Shown in pieces: positions 48,004 through 58,066 of a stretch of 64,000 bases of DNA (positions are counted from its first letter, which is position 1; each line of letters starts with the position of its first letter). Source of the DNA: Staphylococcus phage vB_StaM_PB50. The notes under the pieces are model-generated. The model had not been told where the DNA came from. It saw only the letters and a program-made list of their open reading frames with translations, and did not search any database. The position numbers were made by a program, and so were the translations under genes. The DNA is taken from the sequence record OR770614.1; one strand, 5' to 3'.

Positions 48004-48092
48004 CACATTTTTATAATATATATTTAATAATAATTTTGTGCAATGGAATGGATCCAATGACACTTATTTTATGTCATTGGATATTCCATTTT
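48004..48092 (-). promoter_or_regulatory. terminator-like hairpin + promoter-like motif upstream of beta-C gene
   Basis: imperfect long IR AATGGAATGGATCCAATGACA/TGTCATTGGATATTCCATT then TTAAATATATATTATAAAAATGTGG about 60 nt upstream of beta-C start. Confidence 0.45.
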
Positions 48093-48100
48093 AAATATAA

Positions 48101-49420
48101 TTAACCTTTTTCTACTTCAACTTCATTTTTCTCTGAATCATAGTATTTTCCATCTGAACCTAACCAAATATCTTCTTCACTATTAATACATTCCACTAAC
48201 TCTAATTCTTCTTCATCTAAACTTGATTCATGTTCAATTGAAGCTAAGAATTTATCTTTATAGATATTTCTAATGTATTTATCAAAGTACTCTTGGAAAT
48301 CTTTGTTCCCTTCATATTTCTCTTGGAAAGTTTTAAGTGTAAAACTTACATCATCATAACCATCAATACGGTAAGCACGAGGATTACCTTTTAATAATTT
48401 TTGCTCTTGTAAATATAATAAGTTTGATAGAGTATTATTAAATCCATCTTTTTGTTCAAAGATCAAATTAAATTTAGCTCCAGCTGCATTTGAACGTGAT
48501 TTAATTACTTCAACTGTATTGATAAAACCTTTAATTCCGTATTTAGCTTGATTAGAACTTCCTTCTGGATCTAAAGCTTGTGATGGACTAATTTTAAACA
48601 TGTTATTTGCCATATAGTTGATTGCTTTACCACCTGGTAGTGCTTCACCTTGTTTAAGATAATTTAATTCTTTAGGTGTAGCTGCATAAGGATTAATATC
48701 AATTTTAGTTGTAATATGGTTAATTAAAATAAGCATAATATTAGCCGAGTTTAATGTAGATGAACCAATAATACGTTTAATGAATGTTGTATTATCTTTA
48801 GCTTGTTTAGTGGCATTCATTTGTCCACCTTCACCATCTTTATCATCAATTTCTTTAGAAGCCATTGTAGCAACAGAGTCAATAATAACTACTGTTGGAG
48901 CCATGAATGAAACTTTTTCTCCAGTTTCTGGATCAATCTTATCTGTATGAATAGTAAATTCTTCTTCACTTTCTAATTTAGTATCACGAATACCACGAAT
49001 TAATTGATCCACTGAATCTAAACTAATCTTTTTATTTAATTTAGTGTATTTATCTTGTTTCGTTTGTTTAGACCAACCAGTTAATTGATAAATACGTTCA
49101 TCGGTAGTTGCATCCTCAAAGTCATAATGAATGATACTAGCATTTTCAAATGGTTCAACAATTTTAGCTGCAGCTTGAATTGCTAATGTTGTTTTACCTG
49201 AACCTGATCCACCAATAAATGTTGTAACTTTACCACCCATTAAACCAATACGTTCATCATCAGTTACAGTATTTAAAAAACCATTTCTATAATCTAATAA
49301 GTTGATTCCTGACTCATACATAGGTGTGTAATTATCTTCCTTACCATATACATTAGGGTTTGATTTGATTAAATCATGAATTTTACTTGTTAATTTTGCC
49401 ATTGAAATTTCACTCTCCAA
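48101..49420 (-). CDS. RecA-family recombinase (UvsX/RecA-like)
   Basis: 439 aa; Walker A GGSGSGKTTLAIQ, Walker B VVIIDSVATM, LILINHITTKIDINPYAATPKE..GGKAINYMAN (cf. RecA [31 protein letters not shown]). Confidence 0.7.
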   Translation of the reverse strand: MESEISMAKLTSKIHDLIKSNPNVYGKEDNYTPMYESGINLLDYRNGFLNTVTDDERIGLMGGKVTTFIGGSGSGKTTLAIQAAAKIVEPFENASIIHYDFEDATTDERIYQLTGWSKQTKQDKYTKLNKKISLDSVDQLIRGIRDTKLESEEEFTIHTDKIDPETGEKVSFMAPTVVIIDSVATMASKEIDDKDGEGGQMNATKQAKDNTTFIKRIIGSSTLNSANIMLILINHITTKIDINPYAATPKELNYLKQGEALPGGKAINYMANNMFKISPSQALDPEGSSNQAKYGIKGFINTVEVIKSRSNAAGAKFNLIFEQKDGFNNTLSNLLYLQEQKLLKGNPRAYRIDGYDDVSFTLKTFQEKYEGNKDFQEYFDKYIRNIYKDKFLASIEHESSLDEEELELVECINSEEDIWLGSDGKYYDSEKNEVEVEKG

Positions 49421-49529
49421 AAATTATTTAATACTATAACGTTATTTATTATATCAAATTTTTTATAAAAAAGCTAGAAATTTTTCTTAAGAATTAAAAG
49501 TTTTTTCTAGCTAAATGATATTAATATTA

Positions 49530-49715
49530 CTAATTAGTTAATATGAAAATCACTAAGAAAAATAATAACTGTATAAAAGCTAAACTTAATAAAACATATA
49601 AAGCTTTGATTCTTTTTCTTTCTTTACTAACTGTTTCTATTCCATAAAATGTTTTCAAAATATATAACATTATGAAAAGCATTACAACATTTAAGATTAT
49701 TGTGAATAAACTCAT
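49530..49715 (-). CDS. small membrane protein
   Basis: 61 aa, two TM. Confidence 0.4.
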   Translation of the reverse strand: MSLFTIILNVVMLFIMLYILKTFYGIETVSKERKRIKALYVLLSLAFIQLLFFLVIFILTN

Positions 49716-49751
49716 TAAAAGGTTTCTCCTTTCTAAAAAAAAAATATTAAA

Positions 49752-49786
49752 TAACCTAACCCATTTATAAAAATGAGTTAGGTTGA
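49752..49786 (-). terminator. rho-independent terminator
   Basis: AACCTAAC..GTTAGGTT hairpin followed on the minus strand by a 10-nt T-run, after gene 49796..50281. Confidence 0.55.
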
Positions 49787-49795
49787 GTTTTTAAT

Positions 49796-50281
49796 TTAAT
49801 TTTGTAATTTGAGACTTATATCGTATTTGTTATTAAGTTCATTAACTTTCTTATCTATTTTATTGTAACAATAATTATAATCAGTTTTATCTAGCAATAT
49901 GTCAAGCTCTTCAATATACATTTCTAGACGTTTACTACGTTCACTTTCTGATTCTTCTTTTAATGTATTATTCGTTCTCGTTTTTACATCTTCTAATTTT
50001 TTAGTGATAAAATTTAAATCATTAATAAACACCTCTGATTTCTCTAAATCAAATACTATAGCAGGTTTATCTAAAAAAGTTATTACCATTTTTCCATCAT
50101 CATCATCAACGATAGTATAGTTAAAAGAAAAATATTTCATATCAAGAGTTAAATTTTTTATTACAAAAGGCATAAACAACTCATAATTCAGAAAGTAACC
50201 AATATCTTTTTGTATCTCTTTTATAATTTTATATTTGGATTCAATTTCTTTTATATTCTTTAATATCTTTTTATTATCCAT
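49796..50281 (-). CDS. hypothetical protein
   Basis: 161-aa ORF. Confidence 0.5.
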   Translation of the reverse strand: MDNKKILKNIKEIESKYKIIKEIQKDIGYFLNYELFMPFVIKNLTLDMKYFSFNYTIVDDDDGKMVITFLDKPAIVFDLEKSEVFINDLNFITKKLEDVKTRTNNTLKEESESERSKRLEMYIEELDILLDKTDYNYCYNKIDKKVNELNNKYDISLKLQN

Positions 50282-50397
50282 TATAATATCATCCTTTATT
50301 TTTTATATGAAGCTAAATTTACTAATCCTAATACTAGAATTGAAATTAACGTATACGGTAGTATGAATAACATAATTATTGACTCCTTTCTTCTATA

Positions 50398-50739
50398 TTA
50401 ATATATTTTACTTTTATCTTCATGATATTCAGATATTGATGATCTAGAACTTGCTATTAAGATAATCAATAACATTATAGATAACACTATAGCAATAAAT
50501 GAATCTTTGAAAAACAAAGACCATACTAAATATGACAAAACTATTGATGCTAAAGAAATCATTATTCCTAAAGAAGATTTGACATTGAATCCCATAAAAC
50601 TCTTATACCAAAAGCCATGAGTTCCATAGTCAACATCTCTCCAAATAAACATAGGATTTCTAATCATAAGAATAATACCGCATAAAAACGTTATAAATAA
50701 TAAACCAATTAATATAAACATAAAAATTGACATATACAA
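50398..50739 (-). CDS. membrane protein
   Basis: 113 aa, 3-4 TM. Confidence 0.45.
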   Translation of the reverse strand: MYMSIFMFILIGLLFITFLCGIILMIRNPMFIWRDVDYGTHGFWYKSFMGFNVKSSLGIMISLASIVLSYLVWSLFFKDSFIAIVLSIMLLIILIASSRSSISEYHEDKSKIY

Positions 50740-50751
50740 ATCATCCTTTCA

Positions 50752-51024
50752 TTATACTACATCCGCATACATAATATATTCATTATCAATATATCCATAA
50801 TATGCCATAATAGCTTTAATTTTATTTTCTACTTGAAAAGTATCTACATCAGAATGATAAGATGGTCTCATATTACATTCAGGATCATCAAATAAAAGAT
50901 ATTCAATTTCTATTGATTTACCTTCTTTTTTAATTACTGCAGATATATTTTCTTCTTTAAATTTATTTTGAATTAATTCAAATCTTTTATTTGTTTTATT
51001 TTTAAATATATTAAATAAACCCAT
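50752..51024 (-). CDS. hypothetical protein
   Basis: 90-aa ORF. Confidence 0.45.
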   Translation of the reverse strand: MGLFNIFKNKTNKRFELIQNKFKEENISAVIKKEGKSIEIEYLLFDDPECNMRPSYHSDVDTFQVENKIKAIMAYYGYIDNEYIMYADVV

Positions 51025-51266
51025 ATCCTATTCATCTCCTATTTAAATAATTATTTAGATTGTTAATAGTACAACTAATACAGTATATATAGTAAATGAT
51101 ATTATCAATAGTATTGATAATATAACTGTAATTTTACCCATTAAACCTTCAAGACTCTCCGTATCAACCCCCCTATTACAAAGGATATAGTTGTTACCAC
51201 CATTAATACAATCGTAGATATTGATGTTATAATTGCTAATATTTCCATTTAATTACACCATCTTCA

Positions 51267-51800
51267 TTATTTATTTTTATATAAATTTCCATTCATATAA
51301 TCATTAAATTCTTTTATCTGTTCTACATTAAGAATACCATTTATGATATCATTATATTCTTTACTTATTTTCTTAGTCTTCTTCATATTTAATTTTTCAT
51401 TGTTTTCAATGAAATTAAACCAATGATCATAAAACATAGGTCTTTTTACTGATCTAGAGAATAAATATTCCCTTTTATCTTTATCAGATAATAATTCTTC
51501 TGAAGTTACACCTAATTCACCTTTTACAAAGAATTTTTTATCTGGATTTTTTAATAAATAATGACCCGCATATAATCTTTCGCCACCATCTTTTTCTGAA
51601 ATCAATAAAAAAGACATATTTAAAAATTCCATGATCCCATTTATATTAGTTCCAAATATGTTTTTATCTTGATATATTCGATCTTCATTATACAAATATT
51701 TTGTTTTTTCATTTATATTACCAATTTCATTAGCTTGTAATAATACTAATATAATTAAAATAATTATTACAAATACTAGTGCACCTATTATCCATGTCAT
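51267..51800 (-). CDS. N-terminally anchored membrane protein
   Basis: 177 aa; GAAAGGTGG RBS; N-terminal TM. Confidence 0.5.
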   Translation of the reverse strand: MTWIIGALVFVIIILIILVLLQANEIGNINEKTKYLYNEDRIYQDKNIFGTNINGIMEFLNMSFLLISEKDGGERLYAGHYLLKNPDKKFFVKGELGVTSEELLSDKDKREYLFSRSVKRPMFYDHWFNFIENNEKLNMKKTKKISKEYNDIINGILNVEQIKEFNDYMNGNLYKNK

Positions 51801-51819
51801 AGTTAATAAACCACCTTTC

Positions 51820-51990
51820 TTATTGTAAAATGTATATCATTTCTATTAAGTTTATTCTCGGTAAATATAATATTGATATGATCAATATAATTAATGAAAA
51901 TATACCACCTGCCATAACTAGTGCATTATCATTAATTTCTAAACCTAAAATAACCAAGCAAAGACCGATTATAGATAATATAGTTAACAT
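51820..51990 (-). CDS. small membrane protein (about 56 aa), not in ORF track
   Basis: GAAAGGTGGAC RBS + ATG; MLTILSIIGLCLVILGLEINDNALVMAGGIFSLIILIISILYLPRINLIEMIYILQ (retranslated); coordinates approximate. Confidence 0.35.
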   Translation of the reverse strand: MLTILSIIGLCLVILGLEINDNALVMAGGIFSLIILIISILYLPRINLIEMIYILQ

Positions 51991-52058
51991 TTTATGTCCA
52001 CCTTTCTTTTAATTTATAAAGAGTAATGAACTTAATGTACATCACTCTATTAATAAAA

Positions 52059-52238
52059 CTAACTTCCAGTAATTACACCAACTATACCTGTAGCTATAAA
52101 TAATATTACGGTTATTGCAGCCAAAACTACAGTTATTGATAAATATAATTCATCATCCCAAAATAAAGCTGCTATGAAAAAAGAAATTAAAGTTAAAACG
52201 AAAAATGTAATGAATGATATTAATAAAAACATATCCAT
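52059..52238 (-). CDS. small membrane protein (about 59 aa), not in ORF track
   Basis: GGAGAAAA RBS + ATG; MDMFLLISFITFFVLTLISFFIAALFWDD... Confidence 0.35.
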   Translation of the reverse strand: MDMFLLISFITFFVLTLISFFIAALFWDDELYLSITVVLAAITVILFIATGIVGVITGS

Positions 52239-52240
52239 AG

Positions 52241-52561
52241 TTATTTTCTCCGATCTTTAACTAATTTGAAATTCTTATCTCTACTTTCATGTTTAATATT
52301 CCCATTCCAATCAACTATATCAATTTCATAACCATAATCTTTAAATTTTTTATTATTTCTAAATTTATTAATCGCTGAATTTAAATAGCTTTTAGAATCA
52401 GCTTTAATATAAATTAATTTATATTCTTTACTTGCCATGTAATATCTAGGTAAATTTTCAGTATAATTATCATTTGATGCATCATTTTTAGTTTTATAGT
52501 TTATGAATAACATTACAGATAAAATTGTTAACATTACAATTACTAATATTGTAGTACCCAT
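52241..52561 (-). CDS. N-terminally anchored membrane protein
   Basis: 106 aa. Confidence 0.45.
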   Translation of the reverse strand: MGTTILVIVMLTILSVMLFINYKTKNDASNDNYTENLPRYYMASKEYKLIYIKADSKSYLNSAINKFRNNKKFKDYGYEIDIVDWNGNIKHESRDKNFKLVKDRRK

Positions 52562-52563
52562 GA

Positions 52564-53208
52564 TTATTTCACCATCTTTTCATATTTATTATACAAATGA
52601 TAATTTATTATAGAATCCATTCCTTTAATAGCATACATAAATATATACATTATTGTCTCATATTTATTTAAATTATTAGTATCTATACGTATATAAGTTT
52701 CTTTATATTCCACATTCAAATCATTCATATTATGAGTTATACTTTTGATTCTTTTCGTAAAATCCTCATCAATAATTTTATCATCTATAGATTTAACTAG
52801 TCTAAATCCACTATCAGTTTCTTGCAAGTATGCAATTAATTTAAATGTATTACTTTTAGTGACCAAGAACATATCATCTTCTTCAATTTTATCTTTAATG
52901 TAATTACCAAATTCTTCAAATTTAGTTTTATGATAGATATTATTCTCCATTAGATAATCTACCCACTCATAATAAGTGGGATAGTTATGGTAAGTATCAA
53001 ATTTATAATTTTGACTTATAGCAAATTTATAATTTTGACTTATATTTTTTCCTTGAATTCCTCTACGAACTTGCGTTATATATGCAGATATTGTTTCTTC
53101 ATTAAATTCTTCTTTAAATAATAAAAGAATTATTTTGTTGTTATACCCTTTGTCAATCATTTTAGATATAAAATGTAATTGTGAGTCATTAAATTTTTTA
53201 ATATGCAT
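52564..53208 (-). CDS. hypothetical protein (shares N-terminal domain with 25067..25729)
   Basis: 214 aa. Confidence 0.5.
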   Translation of the reverse strand: MHIKKFNDSQLHFISKMIDKGYNNKIILLLFKEEFNEETISAYITQVRRGIQGKNISQNYKFAISQNYKFDTYHNYPTYYEWVDYLMENNIYHKTKFEEFGNYIKDKIEEDDMFLVTKSNTFKLIAYLQETDSGFRLVKSIDDKIIDEDFTKRIKSITHNMNDLNVEYKETYIRIDTNNLNKYETIMYIFMYAIKGMDSIINYHLYNKYEKMVK

Positions 53209-53304
53209 ATCAAAATCTCTCCTTTAATTTTATTTATTCTTCTAATTTAAATCTCCTTATAATATATTAGAAGTAATGACAAATAATGTGTCATTACTTC
53301 ATTT

Positions 53305-54633
53305 TTATTGATTCATATAATGTTTATATTCTTCAATATATTCCATCTTTTCTTTTTCAATTATACTTTGGTTTAAGTTCTTAATAAATTTCTTCTTCTC
53401 TTTATTATTTAACTTATAATTAGTTTCTATTAAATTAGACCAATGATCTTTATCATGAGTACGATCATATTGATATTCTTTTAATAAATCAAATTTACTA
53501 TCATCAACTTCTTTTTCTTCATATTTCTTGTAAATATATTCCAATAAATCTCTCATATTGACTTTTACTTCGTCATATTCATCATCACTTAGTAAACTAA
53601 TAGTCATTACTTTATCTATATTTTTAGTATATTTTAAAGATTCTTTGTTTAATATAAATTCACTTCTTTTATTAATTGCATATTCAATTCCATAGTAATC
53701 TTCTTCTAGAAATTCATCATATATAAATCTCGTAATTAAATTTTTATTTAAATATTCTCTACCTTTTTCATCAATATTAACAATTTCTATTTTAGGAGTT
53801 AATATACTATTTATACAAATATCCGCTTCAGAACCATAGAGATCATCTGTTCTATCTAATTCTCTCATATAAACGTTTTTATTTTCATCTATAGCTGCTA
53901 CGATTATTTTATTTAATTTTTTAGTTACTAGTATCATTATTTTGCTTCCTAAAAAAGACATTATATTAATATTTTTAAAATCCTTTATTGACATAAATAA
54001 TTTTTCTTTTTCTAACCTAACTAAATCATTAATATCTTCATTTATCATAATATTAAAGCTACTATATATATCTTTTGATTTTAATGTATCTTTATAATTA
54101 TTATTTATAAAGTATTTTACAAATTTATCTAATTCCATTTTTCTATCATAATTTAGTAAACCTTTTTCTACATTACCATTATTAAGATTAAGACTTTCTA
54201 TACTATATATTTGTAAAGGAGATTTAAAGAAATCTTTATTATCTTGTACATTAGCTTTGTATAAATTGATTTTTTCTTTTAAATAAAATTCTAATTCTGG
54301 ATGACTTAAAAGATAATGGAGAGAGTAATATCTCTCCTTATTATCAAAAGTATTTTTTAATTTAAAAGATTGATTTAATATTTTAGATAATTCATTATTG
54401 TTAAAGTCTATTAATCTATCAGATTTCTTTATTAATGGAGCTTTATTGTAATCTTTTTTATCTATCTTTATTTTAGATTTATTAATCTTTCTTATATTAT
54501 TTTTTCTTCCTTCTTTATACGATTCAATGTTATTTTTTATATAAAATATTGTCATATAAATTACTATACTTATAAATGTTAATACTACTGCTGCTAATAA
54601 AAAGTAAATTGATAAATAGAATAAACCACGCAT
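53305..54633 (-). CDS. hypothetical protein (paralog of 58067..59224)
   Basis: 442 aa; shared blocks FDNKERYYSLHYLLSHPELEF and HWSNLIETNYKLNNKEKKKFIKNL; N-terminal TM. Confidence 0.5.
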   Translation of the reverse strand: MRGLFYLSIYFLLAAVVLTFISIVIYMTIFYIKNNIESYKEGRKNNIRKINKSKIKIDKKDYNKAPLIKKSDRLIDFNNNELSKILNQSFKLKNTFDNKERYYSLHYLLSHPELEFYLKEKINLYKANVQDNKDFFKSPLQIYSIESLNLNNGNVEKGLLNYDRKMELDKFVKYFINNNYKDTLKSKDIYSSFNIMINEDINDLVRLEKEKLFMSIKDFKNINIMSFLGSKIMILVTKKLNKIIVAAIDENKNVYMRELDRTDDLYGSEADICINSILTPKIEIVNIDEKGREYLNKNLITRFIYDEFLEEDYYGIEYAINKRSEFILNKESLKYTKNIDKVMTISLLSDDEYDEVKVNMRDLLEYIYKKYEEKEVDDSKFDLLKEYQYDRTHDKDHWSNLIETNYKLNNKEKKKFIKNLNQSIIEKEKMEYIEEYKHYMNQ

Positions 54634-54634
54634 A

Positions 54635-55732
54635 TTATCTCTCCATTTCTTGCATTTCTATTCTTTCAGTGTTTTGTTTAATTTCTTTAAGCTCTTCATA
54701 TCCTCTTTGTCTTTCATTATAAGCTTCTTCAGACATACGTTTAAGATCTTCTGTCATTTCAATCATATTGTTTTGAGTTTCTTTTAATACATCAATATCG
54801 ATAAATGATTTATTAGATTCATTAAACATTTGGATGGCATTATCTTTAAGGATATTAGAGTTACTTAATAGAATATCAGAAGTTGCTTCTCTAATAGCTT
54901 TATTAGTCTTAATAGCTTGTTGTTGTTGAATTAAGATAACAGCTTTAGTTAATTGAGACTTCCAAATAGGAATACTATTTACTAATGAATTATTAATACT
55001 TTCTTTTAAGTTATGGTTAATATTCTTAACCATTTCTAATTCGTAAACATTTTGTTTTGATAGAGCTAATGAAGTTCTTAAATCGTATAAACGTTTATCT
55101 AAATTATCTAAACCTTGTTCTTTATCTGATACTAATTGAATTTGATTTTGTTTACTTTCATCGTCATTAATATTTTTAACTTCTTCCATATCTTGCTTGA
55201 TTTCAAGTTTTAAGTCTTCTTGCTTTTGACTAGCTGCTTCAATGTAATCATTTAAAGTTTCATAATAATCTTTATTAGATTGAATTAATTTATCTAATGA
55301 ACTATTTGAATGATCTATATAAGAGCTTCCTTCTTTTAATTGTTTCTCTATGAATACCATATTATTTGATGCTGAATCAACTTTAGATAATTCTTTACCA
55401 ATTAATTTGTTCTTTTCTTTATTAAAGATACCTTTGATTTTCTCTAATATGCCAGGTTTGTCAACATCTGCATTAACATCATCAACCGCCTTCTGCGGAT
55501 CATAGGAATTAAACACATCTAACATTTCTTCTAGTACTTTATTTATTTGCTCATTTGAATCATTTTCTTTAATACGTTTTAAAACTTCATCTGATTCTTT
55601 AGAAAGTTTATTTTGAACTTCATGACCATAATTAATAATAGTGTTTTTATCAAGTACATTAATTTTATCTGCTTTCTTAATTACCTCTGGTGAAATATCT
55701 TTTCTTTCTACTAATTGATTATTATTTTCCAT
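54635..55732 (-). CDS. hypothetical coiled-coil protein
   Basis: 365 aa, heptad-rich. Confidence 0.45.
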   Translation of the reverse strand: MENNNQLVERKDISPEVIKKADKINVLDKNTIINYGHEVQNKLSKESDEVLKRIKENDSNEQINKVLEEMLDVFNSYDPQKAVDDVNADVDKPGILEKIKGIFNKEKNKLIGKELSKVDSASNNMVFIEKQLKEGSSYIDHSNSSLDKLIQSNKDYYETLNDYIEAASQKQEDLKLEIKQDMEEVKNINDDESKQNQIQLVSDKEQGLDNLDKRLYDLRTSLALSKQNVYELEMVKNINHNLKESINNSLVNSIPIWKSQLTKAVILIQQQQAIKTNKAIREATSDILLSNSNILKDNAIQMFNESNKSFIDIDVLKETQNNMIEMTEDLKRMSEEAYNERQRGYEELKEIKQNTERIEMQEMER

Positions 55733-55950
55733 ATCCTATACATCTCCTAATTTAATTATTTATTAAGTAAGTGAGTCTAATATTATTTTCAGACTCAATC
55801 TCCATTATTTAAAACCTCATAATATACTAATTTATAACTACTTTTCTCTAAGTTTTCTTTACTAGGTTTTTGTTCTTCACCGCTACATGCTGCTAAAATA
55901 ACTGTTAAACATATTGTTAGACCTAAAATCATTAATTTCTTCATTTTAAT

Positions 55951-56208
55951 TTAAATCCCCTTTATCCTTTTTATTAAATCTCCGAATTCACTTATAGAAT
56001 TATAAACTTTATCTCCATTCTCTTCTGTCTTCTTAGATAAATAATACTGAATGTCATTTTTATCCATTACCATATAAACTTCTAAAATTTCTTTTCTTTG
56101 ATTTTTTGCTAAATTAGAACTATCAAAATCACATCTAAATAGATAATTACTTATGGCATTTAACTTATATACATCGACATATTTTTCTATCTGTTTTATT
56201 TCATCCAA
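55951..56208 (-). CDS. hypothetical protein (paralog of 59243..59518)
   Basis: IEKYVDVYKLNAISNYLF vs IEKYLDVNKLNAISNYLY. Confidence 0.5.
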   Translation of the reverse strand: MDEIKQIEKYVDVYKLNAISNYLFRCDFDSSNLAKNQRKEILEVYMVMDKNDIQYYLSKKTEENGDKVYNSISEFGDLIKRIKGI

Positions 56209-56227
56209 TGTTTTACCTACTCTCTAT

Positions 56228-56533
56228 TTAAATTTTACTTGCAAAATTCTTTAGAACTGATAAAATTGCTTCCTTGTCTACACTACTTGAATTTGATTCC
56301 TTGTCTACACTACTTGAATCTGATTCTTTACGTGAAATATCTTTTAAACCTTCTGCAATCTTACTTAAAGATTCTTCATATCTATATTCTACATGTAATT
56401 TTTCTAATTTTAAGTATTTTTCAAATACTTCTCCGTTAGTTTTTGGCTCTAAAGAATCAAAATCATCCCCTTGTAAAGCTATGCTTAATGCATCCAATTT
56501 TTCTTTATTAATATAATCACTTAATTCTTTTCT
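56228..56533 (-). CDS. hypothetical protein with tandem SSSVDKE repeat
   Basis: TAGGAGATGA RBS precedes internal Met (MRKELSDYINKEKL); ORF-track start 56629 would overlap upstream gene; 27-bp tandem repeat at about 56272-56330. Confidence 0.45.
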   Translation of the reverse strand, partial: RKELSDYINKEKLDALSIALQGDDFDSLEPKTNGEVFEKYLKLEKLHVEYRYEESLSKIAEGLKDISRKESDSSSVDKESNSSSVDKEAILSVLKNFASKI

Positions 56534-56576
56534 CATATATAATTCATCTCCTAATATTATTTTATATTTCTTTCTT

Positions 56577-56954
56577 CTAACCATGTATTCTCCAAAATGA
56601 CTCATTAATTCTTTTCCCAATAACTTCATTTAAGTTAATTAAACCACTTATTAAATCTTGATCCTTAATGATATCATATACTGCATTAAAATCAATTGTT
56701 TCATAATCAACTTCAGGAATAGTGACATAATCTTCATCTTCTTCCTTCGCATTATATTCAGTATCATAATAAAACATATCATGACCTTCCACTTCAATAT
56801 CCAAATCACTACTATTTAAATTTAACTTTTCACCATCAATAAAAAGATTATAAAAAGCTCTACCTGGTTCCGATGGATACCATGCTCTTTTATTCAACTC
56901 ATTCAATAATTGTGCAGCCTCTTTAATTGTAAAAACTTCTCCAAATTTTTTCAT
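56577..56954 (-). CDS. hypothetical acidic protein
   Basis: 125 aa; AAAGGATGA RBS. Confidence 0.5.
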   Translation of the reverse strand: MKKFGEVFTIKEAAQLLNELNKRAWYPSEPGRAFYNLFIDGEKLNLNSSDLDIEVEGHDMFYYDTEYNAKEEDEDYVTIPEVDYETIDFNAVYDIIKDQDLISGLINLNEVIGKRINESFWRIHG

Positions 56955-57029
56955 ATCTAAATCATCCTTTTCATTATCTTATTTTATCTTTCAATTTTAT
57001 AATATATATTTATTTAATTCTTTACTAAT

Positions 57030-57380
57030 TTATAATTTATATAAAGCCATTAATGTGTTAATAGTTAATACAAATAAACTTATCATGTAAATATTCTTGT
57101 ATAATATTGTTACATTATTCTTATCAATTGATTTAAATAAAAAGAATATAAATGAACCACCGAACACTATTATTGATAATAATGAAACTCTTGGATCAAT
57201 ATAGTCTTTGAATAACATAATAAAGTTTGATATTAAAAGTATGAAGCTTATTGAAAATAATAACTTCATTTGTTTGATTACTGTATTTTGTTTCATATTT
57301 CCTATATTACTAAAAACAAACATTAACACTAACAAAGTATAAGTAATTAATAAAACCATTGTAATTAAATTTATAAACAT
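57030..57380 (-). CDS. membrane protein
   Basis: 116 aa, 3 TM. Confidence 0.45.
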   Translation of the reverse strand: MFINLITMVLLITYTLLVLMFVFSNIGNMKQNTVIKQMKLLFSISFILLISNFIMLFKDYIDPRVSLLSIIVFGGSFIFFLFKSIDKNNVTILYKNIYMISLFVLTINTLMALYKL

Positions 57381-57395
57381 ATCTATTTCACTCTC

Positions 57396-58058
57396 CTAAT
57401 CAATATTTGAATCCCAATAATAACTATTTTTAGATTTTAATAAAAAGTTATTACTTATAGAATTTCTTATATTATGTGTAATATTTTCATTTCCAACTAA
57501 AGACCATATAGTGTATATAAAAATTGATTTAAAAGTATAACCTCTATCATTTTCATTTAATATATCTTTTTTGTACTGTAATAATTCTTTAAATTCGAAA
57601 TATTTATTTATAATATCATCTACACTAAATTCAGGTATATATTTACTTCCAGATACATATAGTATTGCAGAAACTTTAATTATATATTTTTCTAAGTCAG
57701 ATTCTTTAATATTCTCATTTCTTATCTCATCTAACATTTCCATTAATCTTTGTTCGTAAGTTAAATGAGGTTCATGATTATTCAAACCAAAACGATTCAT
57801 TTCATCACTAACTCTACTTTCTATATGTTCTAGTCTTCTTTTTAGATATTTATCATTTCTATTAATTTGTCTTCTATAATCTTCATTAAGATTAAGTGAT
57901 ATATGACCATAATGATTATCTCTATCATATATTCCTGAATTCATTTCATTAATAATACTATCCATGTGTCTTTCTATATTTTCATTATTTCTATCATGTA
58001 TATTATCTAAACTATTTACCAAATAATCAAAGTCTTCTTCCATTCCCATATTTTTCAC
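57396..58058 (-). CDS. hypothetical protein
   Basis: 220-aa ORF. Confidence 0.5.
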   Translation of the reverse strand: MKNMGMEEDFDYLVNSLDNIHDRNNENIERHMDSIINEMNSGIYDRDNHYGHISLNLNEDYRRQINRNDKYLKRRLEHIESRVSDEMNRFGLNNHEPHLTYEQRLMEMLDEIRNENIKESDLEKYIIKVSAILYVSGSKYIPEFSVDDIINKYFEFKELLQYKKDILNENDRGYTFKSIFIYTIWSLVGNENITHNIRNSISNNFLLKSKNSYYWDSNID

Positions 58059-58066
58059 CTCTTATT

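Noticed and set aside
54635-55732. TelA-like toxic-anion-resistance family assignment for the 365-aa coiled-coil protein
   Set aside because: Only generic coiled-coil character is visible. No diagnostic motif could be confirmed by eye.
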